The notes beneath the pieces were generated by a model, which saw only the letters and a list, made by a program, of their open reading frames with translations, was not told the origin of the DNA and ran no database searches. The translations under genes and the position numbers were made by a program. A stretch of DNA of 64,000 nt from Podarcis tiliguerta (Eukaryota), in assembly GCA_965153285.1 (NCBI GenBank), contig OZ229126.1. One strand, 5' to 3'. Below, piece after piece: positions 1 through 11,208 of the stretch; position 1 is the first letter of the stretch, and every line of letters begins with the position of its first letter.

Positions 1-1
1 G

Positions 2-2182
2 ACCCCGAGCGAACCGTGGGAGAGGGTGGCACTGGACTTTGTCACGGATTTACCCAGCTCGAGGGGTAAAACGGCAGTGCTAGTGGTGGTGGACATGTTC
101 ACTAAAATGGCCCACTTCATTCCGTGCGCGAAGGTGGCCACGGCAGAACAGACCGCCAAACTGTTCATAGACCACGTCTTCAGGGTGCACGGACTGCCAC
201 GGTCTATCTTGTCCGACAGGGGGCGCCAGTTCATTTCGAGCTTCTGGCAGAAGCTGATGGGTTTCCTGAACGTCAAGATCAACCTAGCGTCGGCGAGACA
301 CCCGCAGACCAACGGACAAGCGGAGCGCGTCAACGCCATCATGCAGCAGTACCTGAGATGCTATGCAAATCAACAGCCGACGACATGGGTGGACTACCTG
401 CCACTCGCTGAGTTCGCTTACAACAACACGAAGCACGTGTCCACAGGGGTGACGCCGTTCTTCGCCAACAACGGGAGGCATCCCAGAACCTTCCCGGGAT
501 TAGAGAAACTGGGGGAGGGGGAGCCACAGGCAGCGGAAGTCTTGGCGGCGGAATTGCAGGAAGTCCACGATCAGCTTAGGAGGCAATTAGAGCTTGCAAA
601 GCACGCATACAAACTGCAGGCTGACAAGCACAGGAGGGTTGGTGAAGACATACAGGTGGGAGACTGGGTGTGGTTAGCGGCCCACGCAGTGCCGACCAGA
701 TCTTTAGCTAAGAAGAAACTCGGACATAAGCAGCTAGGACCTTACCTAGTTGAGGCACAGATCAATCCGGTGGCCTTCCGGTTGACACTTCCGGAGGGAT
801 CCAGAATGCACCCAGTGTTCCATAGGTCGGTGCTCACGCCCTACAAAGCACCTCACCGATTTCAGGCGCAGGGCACGGCACCAGACCCGTATAGGGAGGC
901 CCCCCCAAGGAGGGAGTCGCCAAGAAGAGAACCCATCAACCAGGTCACAGAGATTTTGGACTCGAGATGGGGGGAGGAGGGAGTAGAATATTTTCTCGCA
1001 AGGGAAGGTACCCCGGCCAGCGCCAACAGTTGGGTGCCGGACTATGCCCTGGACGAGCCTCTCCTCAAAGAGGAGTTTCATGCCTTGTTCCCACACAGGC
1101 CCATGCCAGCCGAGTATTTCGACGACTGGCTTTTCACACCCACGCTTTCTACCAGCACGTTCCAGGGATTCACATCGGACGAAGAACCAGCATTAGAAAC
1201 ACGTTCACCGGAGGGCTCGCCCTCGGGGTTTGCCTCAGACCGCTCGTTTTGGTGGGACAATCGAGGAGAGGAGAGGTGGCTGAGGGGCCCTTGGCAGGGA
1301 ACGGACCCAGAGGGGAACGAGGGTGAGAGGGACATGGACGTGATGGGGGAGGACGTTGGGTTCGAGCATGGCGGCACGGAGATGGAAGCAGAGGAGAACG
1401 AGGTCGGCGAAGACATGGAGGACGAGCCGGATTTCTCTAACTGGATGCACGCCACGGGGGACGAACTGTATCCACCATTCACCCCCACAACGACGGAGCA
1501 CCCAGCACCCCCGCCGGAGGAAGGGGAGGGGGGAAGGGGGGGCTTCGAGGGGGGGATGGATGTCAGGGGTTCAGGAGCAGAGTCACAGGAGAGGGAAGAA
1601 ACGGAGAGCGAGGGGGAGGAGTCGGAAGGAAATGTCAGCGGCGACAGTAGTCCGAGGTCTCTGAGTCTCTCCAGTGACTCGGAGGATTCACAGAAAGGGG
1701 CCCCCATGGTCAGGGCAAGGGGGACACCTCGGGAAGAAGGGGCCAGAGGGGACTCAGAGAGTAACAGCTGGAAATCCGGACCAGCTTCCCCCCCAGAGTG
1801 CAGTAGGGGGGAGGAGTCCAAGGCATCGGGATCAGGGAGCGCGCAGGCAGAGGGAGAGCGTGAAGCAGGAGTGGCCACACCCTCGTCAGGGAGCGAGGAA
1901 ACGGTCATCAGGAAAGTTAAACGCGCGCGCGCGCCAAGTTCAAATGTACAGGAGGGCGGCAAGGTGGGCAGCCCGGGTAGGGAGCCAGGTCCTAAAGCAC
2001 GCCGAAGAGAGGGGGAGGAGTCAGAGGGGTCCAGCTCTGCGTCTGAAGAGTCCAGGAGGGAAGAGACCCCGGGGGGTAGTAAGACCCAGAGGAAGAGAGA
2101 GAGAAGGAGGAGGTGGAGTAAGATTAGAGTTTTAAGCTGGTGCACAGGGGGCGGAGATCCAGATAGAGCTTCGCCGGTCTAA
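2..2182 (+). CDS. pol: 3' part of Ty3/Gypsy (chromovirus-type) pol ORF: integrase core, GPY/F motif, chromodomain and a long acidic/Ser-rich/basic extension into the 3' LTR; cut at the window edge
   Basis: Frame open from the window start (TPSEPWERVALDFVTDLP...). DDE triad in LDF, SDRG and GQAER; LGPYLV (GPY/F); HPVFHRSVL; chromodomain-like VTEILDSR...EYFL...NSWVP at ~938-1081; no stop until TAA 2180-2182. Confidence 0.95.
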   Translation, partial: TPSEPWERVALDFVTDLPSSRGKTAVLVVVDMFTKMAHFIPCAKVATAEQTAKLFIDHVFRVHGLPRSILSDRGRQFISSFWQKLMGFLNVKINLASARHPQTNGQAERVNAIMQQYLRCYANQQPTTWVDYLPLAEFAYNNTKHVSTGVTPFFANNGRHPRTFPGLEKLGEGEPQAAEVLAAELQEVHDQLRRQLELAKHAYKLQADKHRRVGEDIQVGDWVWLAAHAVPTRSLAKKKLGHKQLGPYLVEAQINPVAFRLTLPEGSRMHPVFHRSVLTPYKAPHRFQAQGTAPDPYREAPPRRESPRREPINQVTEILDSRWGEEGVEYFLAREGTPASANSWVPDYALDEPLLKEEFHALFPHRPMPAEYFDDWLFTPTLSTSTFQGFTSDEEPALETRSPEGSPSGFASDRSFWWDNRGEERWLRGPWQGTDPEGNEGERDMDVMGEDVGFEHGGTEMEAEENEVGEDMEDEPDFSNWMHATGDELYPPFTPTTTEHPAPPPEEGEGGRGGFEGGMDVRGSGAESQEREETESEGEESEGNVSGDSSPRSLSLSSDSEDSQKGAPMVRARGTPREEGARGDSESNSWKSGPASPPECSRGEESKASGSGSAQAEGEREAGVATPSSGSEETVIRKVKRARAPSSNVQEGGKVGSPGREPGPKARRREGEESEGSSSASEESRREETPGGSKTQRKRERRRRWSKIRVLSWCTGGGDPDRASPV
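1547..1560 (+). promoter_or_regulatory. Polypurine tract (plus-strand primer)
   Basis: GAGGGGGGGATGGA directly before the LTR start TGTCAG; more purine runs from ~1517. Confidence 0.85.
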
Positions 2183-2308
2183 AGCTCAGACGTAGAGCTG
2201 GGACGCTGAGATTTGTAAATGGAGACTATTCTTCAATAAAGACTTTGATACTGTACTACCGGCTAGCGTTGGTCCTTGGTGAGCTGGGACCCGGAGCCAG
2301 CTCTGACA
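1561..2308 (+). repeat. 3' LTR (748 bp)
   Basis: Termini TGTCAG...CTGACA; AATAAA 2235-2240; GC-box GGGGGCGGAG 2147-2156. Both ends match the homologous solo LTR at 54471-55229. Confidence 0.95.
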
Positions 2309-4126
2309 CCATCAAATACAGCAATCCGAGTGGGGTGAATCTACCACCACTCCTGAAGCTTTTGAGCTGTATAGTTAAAGGAAAGCATGGATATTGGTGA
2401 AATAAAAAAGGTGGCTGAAATGATACAGGGACCACGAAGCTTTTAAATTATATCCCTTTTATTACTTTGTTTAGTCAGTAAAGGTCACAATGCTAGTTGT
2501 CTTGTGTTATCTTTATTAGCTGGTTTTTGGTTTTTACAAGAAAGAAGAGTTACCGTGGCTCGGACCCTAATACATTTGTCAATTTTTGTTCACGCTTCTT
2601 TCCGATGCCTGGAGCATCTACACAGATGCATGGCATACCCTCCTTTATAGCAAAGAATGGAAACCCAAAACAGAGCTTTAGATTGTGCATCTAAAACCAC
2701 AACTAATAGATATGCTTTCAGAAAAAGCAAGTGATAATTCAGCCTTACGGAGTTTGCACCATGCCAAAATTTTGGAAGGGGTCATATTCTTGTCCTCCCA
2801 CCCTTTCAAAGGCTTCCTAGAACATAGAAGAAGACATGTCAGAGTCTCTAGGCCAAAGGATTCTCCTCTGCTCATATGCTAACTTTCCATGGGAAATATG
2901 CTTTTGATGTGATGGAACAATCAAACAAGTTATCGCCTATTTGCATTCTGGAACATTGCAGTCCCAAGAGGTCAGGGCCACATGTTTTCACTGGACATGT
3001 AGATCAGACTTTCTAGAGATCTTCCTATTTGAAGTTTGTCACAATCTTTCAATATTTAATATGAATTAAAAGTGAGTATGCCAAGTGTAGCAGTCACTGA
3101 CATTGTCTTCTGCCAAGTGTACTATATAAAATAAATTAAGGAAACCCAAAAGGATCAACACATATTAGGGTCCTATGATGCCCTCTTCATCTTGGCTGCC
3201 ACTGTGACTAATAAACACCCACAAAAAGTAAACCACTAAGGAAAGTTAAATTGAGCAAGCATGCTCTTCAACTAAATACAATTATTAGTACACAAGTAAC
3301 TGTCCAATGTTCGTTCTAGATGGCTGCTCTTCTTTTATCCCTGACCATCTGGGGAAATACTTTTGAGAAATGAGCAGTTATGGCACAGGACTGGAGTTGG
3401 CAGCTGCCTCTCCTTAGTGCCATTCTTCCATGTGGAAAGCTGCTCTGATCCGAGTGTCAGATTATCTGAAGTACTAACTACCTGGGTGATAGCAAAGGCA
3501 GAAAAGAGACAGTCTGTCATGTCAATCACACACTAACAGCTCAGACCTAAGTTATGATCAAGTTAGAATTTTGTCATGCAGGTTAAAACAATACCAGCTC
3601 AACATAGGGCAGAAATGAATTCCTCTTCTTCCTTCCTTTCCTAGCTATCTCCCGGCCTCTTAAATTTATGATCAACTTGCAGAGATAACATTTATAGAGC
3701 ATTTTTCTTGAAGATCCAATACACTTTGCATATATTATCTCTTTATAACAATCCCGTCAGTATTATTGTCAACAGTCTGAGAATGGCTTGACTTAAGGTT
3801 CTTCAAGTAAGTTCATGGCTGAGGTGTGGTATAAGCAAGAGACTCCACACATCACACTCTTATAGTGTAATTTTCTGTATGTTTACTCAGAAGTAAGTTC
3901 CATGCTCCATGTTAAGTCAGTATAGGACTGCTGTCTTCGCTGCTACACTATGCCAGTCTGCTGAACCCCTGTACTGAATAGTGATTTCTTTTATTCTCCT
4001 AATTCCAGCTTCTTTTGTACCTCTTTGAAGGAGGAGGGCACCATGCATACAGAAACACAAACAGAATACCCAAATATGGTGGACGTTGAGGGCTGATAAC
4101 TGCATTCAAATTTATACTGGACACCA

Positions 4127-4260
4127 GCATCCTCCAATTTGGTGCCCTGAAGATGTTTTGGATGAGAACTCACATCCTGCCTGACCATTGGCCTCAGCTG
4201 GTCAGGGCTGATGGAATCTGTAGTCTAAAACATCCAGAAGATTCCCAGCTGAGGAAGGTT
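4127..4260. mobile_element. Degenerate palindromic hAT-type MITE
   Basis: Core agatgttttgga...tctaaaacatc resembles the intact copies at 49633 and 62725. Confidence 0.6.
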
Positions 4261-4289
4261 AGTGTACAGTTAAGGAAGGTTAGTGTACA

Positions 4290-4665
4290 GATGCTTTTGA
4301 ATTATGGTGCTGGAGGAGACTCTTGAGAGTCCCATGGACTGCAAGAAGATCAAACCTCTCCATTCTTAAGGAAGTCAGCCCTGAGTGCTCACTGGAAGGA
4401 CAGATCGTGAAGCTGAGGCTCCAATACTTTGGCCACCTCAGGAGAAGAGAAGACTCCCTGGAAAAGACCCTGATGTTGGGAAAGATGGAGGGCACAATAA
4501 GAAGGGGACGACAGAGGACGAGATTATTGGAGAGTGTTCTCGAAGCTACAAACATGAGTCTGACCAAACTGCGGGAGGCAGTGGAAGACAGGAGTGCCTG
4601 GCGTGCTCTGGTCCATGGGGTCACGAAGAGTCGGACACGACTAAACGACTAAACAACAACAACAA
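4290..4665 (+). mobile_element. Bov-B (RTE clade) LINE, 5'-truncated 3' end
   Basis: Open frame DAFELWCWRRLLRVPWTARRSN...LEKTLMLGKMEG...WRALVHGVTKSRTRLND* followed by a (CAA)n tail. Confidence 0.93.
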
Positions 4666-5934
4666 TATTCTGAGAAACTGCAACTGGGCAGTTAATCTTA
4701 CTTGGCTTTACCCAAAAAGTGTCACGCAGGAAAAAAACCACACCCATGCACAATAATCTACATGCTAGTTTTCCTACATGGAACTTACTTTTACTGAAAC
4801 AGCCCAGTTAAATCTAGTGCCTTCCTTTTGTTTTGGACTTCCATCAGCCATGACCAACAGAAGACGGGTTCATCAGCAAGGCAGCAAGATTCTATTTTTA
4901 ATAGTAGATTTTTTTTAAACTGCCAATTTTATTCTTCAGAGGAAATTCTTCCTTACGCACAGATTCTCCAGCCTGAGAACATCTTTATGAGATTAAAGGA
5001 ATGTTCAATGTAGTAAGCACAGATCATTTAATGTACAGACACTTATTAACAAGGAAGTCCAAGATGTAAATTAAGTCTATGAAGGGTATTAGATGGCACT
5101 AACATGCTATGTAGCTCTGAGCATGGCTCTGTCTGATCAAGATGAAATAAATGGGCTTTCCATCATATTAATTTATTGCACTGAACAGCAAGGCATCACC
5201 AGGATAATACCAGTGACAATGAGATGCTTTTGTCCCCTGTGCACTGGAAAATACAAACATGCCACGGTTTAATGGGAAAGTTATTAATGTGTTTATACTC
5301 CTGTACTAAAATAAATGCTTGTATTACTCGCCTTGCTACGTGAAATATTTCAAGATCTCTAGCCAGTTCCCATGTGCCACAAATATGATGACGTTAATGC
5401 AAATTCAGAAGAGAATCAACATAACCAAAAGCAATTGTGCACATTCACATCAAGGTATGGCGAAGATACACAGATAGATAGCATAACAGGGTATTCTGTA
5501 CATTGCTCAGTCAAGATGTACACATTCTATTTTCAATGTATTTTAAAGAAATTCAGTAGAAAGAGCAAGGTAATTCATAATGGGAAACTCCAGATAATGC
5601 CAAATTTGGAGGCCATACTCTGTAAAGCAGCATCATGGTGATGGCAGACCCAAACATTTTGGTGTTGTAACAGCTTTGCAAAATCAGGCTGTACAAAGGC
5701 AGACACCACAGTCCATCTAAGCTTTTCTCAATCCATTTATACTATTAGGTGTTCGTGTATCCTGTGTAATGACGAGCCCCACTAATCCAATAAGAAGTGC
5801 ATTCATTAAGCACTTATTCTGTGCAAAATTTACTGCACGCTGTTCTACTCTTTTCCTAATACAGTAAAAACAAAATGCACAGAACATTGGTACGTTCTGC
5901 TCTTATCACTGAGCAGTAGGTCCTGCAAATGATA

Positions 5935-6192
5935 AACGCAAGTGGCGCTGTGGTCTAAACTACTTAGCCCTTTAGGCTTGCCGATCTGAAGGTTGGCGGT
6001 TCGAATCCGCACGACGGGGTGAGCTCCCGTTGCTTTGTCCCAGCTCCTGCCAACCTAGCAGTTCGAAAGCACACCAGTGCAAGTAGATAAATAGGTACCA
6101 CTCCGGCGAGAAGGTAAACAGCGTTTCTGTGCGCAGCTCTGGTTTCGCCAGAAGTGGCTTAGTCATTCTGGCCACATGACCTTACCTTACCT
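5935..6192 (+). mobile_element. Sauria SINE, 3'-shortened
   Basis: tRNA-like head with A box (tggcgctgtgg) and B box (ggttcgaatcc); body matches the other copies; short (CCTTA)n tail. Confidence 0.85.
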
Positions 6193-8681
6193 CTCTATAT
6201 TTTTCGCTTATCATGAACTGGCACCATGTACAGTTACTTTCCCTTCCTAGTTTTCTGAACAAGAGGAGAATTAGCAAGGTGCATTTGCTGAAGATGCTGC
6301 AAAAATCAGCTCTGGGCAGATTTAAGGAACCTGTTCCTTAATTTTTGCAATCCCTCCTGTGTTTTATTGCTTAAAAGTGAGCAATGGAAACAAGGCAAAA
6401 AAATAGCAGTGGATGCAAGCAGTACCGCTTGTCCTACATACAGTTTATGGGATTTGCTATCTCAGGTCTGGTTTTCAGAATGTGTTTTTTCTTCTTCAAA
6501 TGCCAGAAAAAGCCAGCTCAGAAGGAACAAGGTAAAATATTTACTGCTGGCTGTTAAACTACATGCTTCAAGTTAAGGCTAATGTGCTTTCCAATACAGG
6601 AACATTTCCAAGGGGTCAACATTACAGCATTAAAATTTCAGACACTGAAACTCTGAGGAGCAGCTGAAGGTCTTACAAGGAAAGGAACACAAATAGAGCG
6701 ATGGAGTCACTGAACCACATGCAGTAGTTTTTAAGTGAAAAGTCATGCAAAGGTACAAGGGCCTTGGGTCTCTGGTGTAACAGGTACATCTACGTCCGTC
6801 TCTCAGCTCACTCAAGTGCTATTAAAGCCTGATCCATCCATTTGAGTGGGCCCATTTGCTCCTCGCAGGTACAAATGGTTATTTGCTGTAGAGATGCGAT
6901 TACACACTCGCTTCCCCTGGCCCACGATAACAGCATGTAAAACAAAAAAGTGCCATTTCCTATACACAGAGGCACTTATCCTGGGCCCATGGGCTCTGAA
7001 GACCAAGCACTCTATATGGATTGATGGTAGGGCGGCGGGGACACAACAGGAAATGGACAAGGGCACATTTCCCAGGTTAATAGCATAATGATTCTCTCTG
7101 TTACTAAAAAAACTCCTGCAAGTTTCACCAGCTCTTCCACTGACGCTTCCTAAGCAGCCACAAAGCAATTCTACGGAACAGCTAGCCTCTGTTCACAGAT
7201 AGGAAATCAAAGACGGGTCTAATTGTTTTACAGCACAGTTTTCACCCCCAATTCGAATTACTTCAAACCTATTTCTATCAATGCCTTCTCCCTCCATTTT
7301 TTTCCCTTAACTGGTAAAAGCTCAATGTGATCCCCCCCCCCCCCCGTTTAAATTAAAATGTTAACTGGCAATTGTTGTAACTGTACTATAAAAATTCCAA
7401 AAGTGCTGTTGGGCCAGATCTGGCCTCTAAAATGGGTCAGTGGGTGTTCTGTGGCCCTCCAGATGTTGCTGAACATCAGCCCCAGCCAGCGTGGTCAGTG
7501 GTCAGAGATGGCAGCTGTATTTTTGTGGTCCTGCAGCTGAACAACCTAGGTAATATTCAGTGTTTTGAAATGGGCCTTGTGTTAAAAATTTGAACGATGT
7601 GTGCCATTTCATACCTTGGAGAACTGAGAAGGCAGCACGATAGCTGGTGTACAGATGCGAGTAGATATTTTTATTCCAAAAAAAAGAGGGGGGGGGGGAG
7701 TCTCCCTGTTCTTGACACACTGGAAAATGTACAGCCAGAGAGTGCTTGAGGCAAAGATGCCACACCATCCTTACATCTGTCTGCTTTCATTTGTCTACAA
7801 CTGCGCTTATAGATAAAACAAGCCTTCCAGATGTCATCACAAGCAGAGTTCATATGCTGACTTCACTGAGACACTATTGTTTGCTGCCAGCATAACAGAG
7901 TTGTAAAGCTAAAATATTTAAACTCTGTGCTACTCAACACAACTTTGAGTGTCACACAGGATCTGATTTCAGGATTAATTAATGTACACCCCAATAAAAT
8001 AATAATGCGTTCCAAAACATTGCTAGTTGGCGTATGCTCTCTTCTGAACAACAGTTGCCTCTAAGGGAAACAGAAGTATGCGCTCAGAAATGAAGGCAAA
8101 GAATGTTAGGCATATCACAGTAGAGAATAATTCTGCTGCCATATGGCACAGGCTGTCTTCTGGTTCTGTGTTACTTGCGCTGATAGTGATGGGTTACATT
8201 TCTCAGGGCACTGTCTTGAAGGTATGTCCTTGTAGGAACAGGTGAACCAACCTCTCCCTGATCTAACCAGGGTGATCTGAGTTGGAGAAAAACGATTAGG
8301 GGAGTCCTGCAAATCCCACAAGCCAAGTTGCTGAAAGCGCGTTCTTGAATACTTCTCCAAGATTGTCTTCAACATGTCCCATCAGCTGCATTGGATGAAA
8401 GCTAGGTGGTGGTGAATCAGATCTCTCTGGTTCTGGGGAATTTATATCATGGATATGAGGAACCTGTGACCCTTCAACTCCCATCAAGCCCAGCCAGCAT
8501 GGCCAAAGACAAGGGATGATGGGAGTTTTAGTTCAGGAACATGTGGAGGACCATAACATCTCCATTTCTGAAATTGTAGATCCTTCTGGAGTAACAGCTA
8601 TGATATTGGTGTACTTCAGAAGGCAAGTGTCCTAAGAGTCTAATTCCCTTTTTAGTTGTTAGGGGCAGAGGCTGTATGATA

Positions 8682-8723
<42 letters not shown>

Positions 8724-9143
8724 TTATTACTTATACTCTGCCCATCTGACCAGGCCTTCCCAGCCACTCTGGGTGGCTCCCAACAGAATATTAAAAACAC
8801 AATAAAACATCAAATATTAAAAACTTCCCTAAACAGGGCTGCCTTCAGATGTCTTCTAAAAGTCAGATAGCATTCCACAGGGCGGGCGCCACTACCGAGA
8901 AGGCCCTCTGCCTGGTTCCCTGTAACCTCACTTCTCGCAGTGAGGGAACTGCCAGAAGGCCCTTGGAGCTGGACCTCCGTGTCTGGGATGGATGATGGGG
9001 ATGGAGACTCTACTTCAGGTATACAGGGCTGAGGCCCATTTAGGGCTTCAATGGTCAGCACCAACACTTTGAATTGTGCTCGGAAACGTACTGGGAGCCA
9101 ATGAAGGGCTTTCAGGACTGGTGTTTTATGGTCTCGGAGGCCA
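8682..9143 (-). mobile_element. L2-like LINE 3' fragment with (ATT)n tail
   Basis: Minus-strand LHWLPVRFRAQFKVLVLT and FRRHLKAALFREVF; (AAT)n at 8682-8723 on the + strand. Confidence 0.85.
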
Positions 9144-9249
9144 TTTAAAGTAGCATAGTTCTTCCATAGTTTGTGCAACTCAGAAGCCTTAACAAACCAC
9201 AGCTCCCGTAAGTCTTTGAGGGAAGCCATGGCTGTTTGAAGTAGTCTAA

Positions 9250-9599
9250 AAGGTAAAGGGATCCCTGACCGTTAGGTCCAGTCATGGCCGACTCTGAGGT
9301 TGCGGCGCTCATCTCGCTTTATTGGCTGAGGGAGCCTGTGTACAGCTTCCGGGTCATGTGGCCAGCATGACTAAGCCGCTTCTGGCAAACCAGAGCAGCA
9401 CACGGAAACGCCATTTACCTTCCCGCTGGAGAGGTACCTATTTATCTACTTGCACTTTGATGTGCTTTCAAACTGCAAGGTTGGCAGGAGCAGGGACCGA
9501 GCAATGGGAACTCACCCTGTCACGGGGATTTGAACCGCCGACCTTCTAATAAGCAAGTCCTAGGCTCTGTGGTTTAACCCACAGCACTACCCGCGTCCC
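9250..9599 (-). mobile_element. Sauria SINE, full length
   Basis: GGGACGCGGGT head and (ACCTTT) tail on the minus strand; 15-bp TSD tttgaagtag(t/c)ctaa at 9235-9249 and 9600-9614. Confidence 0.92.
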
Positions 9600-10494
9600 T
9601 TTGAAGTAGCCTAATAATGCTTTAAATGGTGTGGATGTGCCCCATGCCAGCATATGGAGATTGTGTCTGTGTATTTAAAAGACTTGAAGCAAGAAGAGGA
9701 GATGCAACTGTTCTGCCTTCCCTCCTTTTGACCCTATTGGTTCCTTCTCCCACCCCTCCTTCCTAGCCTGCTGAAAGATAGAGATTAGCTTATTGAAGAG
9801 GGCGAATGGTGAATGAGTTGGCAGAGGAATAAGTGGTAGGTGTAATAGCTGCAGTTGCCTTGGACCTCTTAAAGTCATAGGCATGATTACCCGGAAAGCC
9901 TAATCTTGAATCACTCACAGATAAGTGTGTTTCTCTTTGCAAACTCTGAACTGCACTCTCCAGAGATATCTCTGCTACTGTCTATAATCATTACTTATTT
10001 TGGGTTAAGGGAGATGAAGGCCCTTCCTTCACACTTTGCTCTCCAGAATTAAATCTAAAAATAATGTATGAATAAGACAAGCATGCATTTGGAAAAGCAC
10101 AGCTAGATATAATCGTAATCATCAGAGAGCCAGGATTGGCTGTAGCTCCCCTGTCAAGTATTATTCTGGGTTTTAAACTAATGGGTTGAATGGCTGGGAG
10201 TCAAAATCCTCTGATCTTGCCAGGCTTTCAGTTCACCGCAGTCTCTGATCCACAACTTTGAACATGATTGTAAGCAAATTGGAAGTGAGTTCTTGAAGGT
10301 CTACACTACGATAACTGATGACTCAGCAGGAATTCCAGGGGAAGTTATCAGATGACTGATTTGGTATTCCATTTATAGATTACAGGATCAACTAGGAGTG
10401 AAATTCTAACTCAAGAAGATAGATCCCAGAGACAATGGTGCCACCAGCATCAACCTACCATGCGCCACTATCACAAACCAACAATTAGAAGTAA

Positions 10495-10524
10495 ATTCCA
10501 ACTCTATGATTCTATGATTCTATG
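10495..10524 (+). mobile_element. CR1-type 3' terminus remnant
   Basis: ttccaactctatgattctatgattctatg, the (ATTCTATG)n tail typical of CR1; similar remnants near 27285-27349 and 53872-53897. Confidence 0.6.
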
Positions 10525-11208
10525 TAGAGACAACAATTCACTTTAAACAATTACCTATCAAGGTACAAAACACATAACATGCAATGTGCATATTTATATA
10601 GTCTAAACCAAGGAACTGAACATTTTCTAGACAGGCTAAAAGGTTTTTTTTAACCCATTTTATAGATTGCTCCAATTGCATTCAAGAAAAGTGAATCTGC
10701 ATAAACTTATTTGTTATTATTTATTGGATTTCTAGCCCACCTTTTGGGGTGCAAGCCTAACTTTTCATATCTTGAACATTTAAAGACTCAGCTAATAATT
10801 TTGCATACCCACTGCAGCACTCAGCAGCAATATCCCTGTAACAATAACACAGCCAAGAGTTATTTAAAATGCAAACTAATGGTTTATTGGGGTAATAATG
10901 AAGATTCATGCAAATGTTTTAAACTGATATGATCTTTAATCAGCCTGAATACTGTCAGTTTAGCAGACCTCACTTGCCTGCCCTGCCCCCAACCTAGTCT
11001 TGGTGAATTTACAAAAGGTAACAAGCCTACCTGGGATCAAAATTTCACACTTCCTCCAGACTTTTAAAGCTGTGGCTGGAGAATCAAACAGAGCCACAGA
11101 CTTCATTGCGCCCAAAAACCATCTGCCACCCAGCTCCTTAAACTTCCACCTGCTTCTATAACCTTCCTACCCCAAAGTCTGAGAAATGACAAGCATCTCA
11201 ACAAGATA

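Larger units (their letters stand above)
1..2308 (+). mobile_element. Ty3/Gypsy LTR retrotransposon, 3' end (continues left of the window), antisense to BNC2
   Basis: Integrase-chromodomain, then PPT, then a TG...CA LTR. High GC and CpG retention relative to the flanks suggests a young insertion. Confidence 0.95.

Noticed and set aside
893-934. REAPPRRESPRREP as a hepadnavirus-core-like SPRR domain
   Set aside because: Too short and low in complexity; better explained as slippage in the integrase-chromodomain linker.
26-2182. A domesticated Gypsy-derived host gene (RTL/PEG10/GIN-like)
   Set aside because: An intact PPT and LTR plus a related solo LTR nearby indicate an active-type retrotransposon.
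9322-9549. Recurring MAEGA...HVASMTKPLL ORFs (also 27638 and 53209) as a small gene family
   Set aside because: They are antisense translations of Sauria SINE copies.
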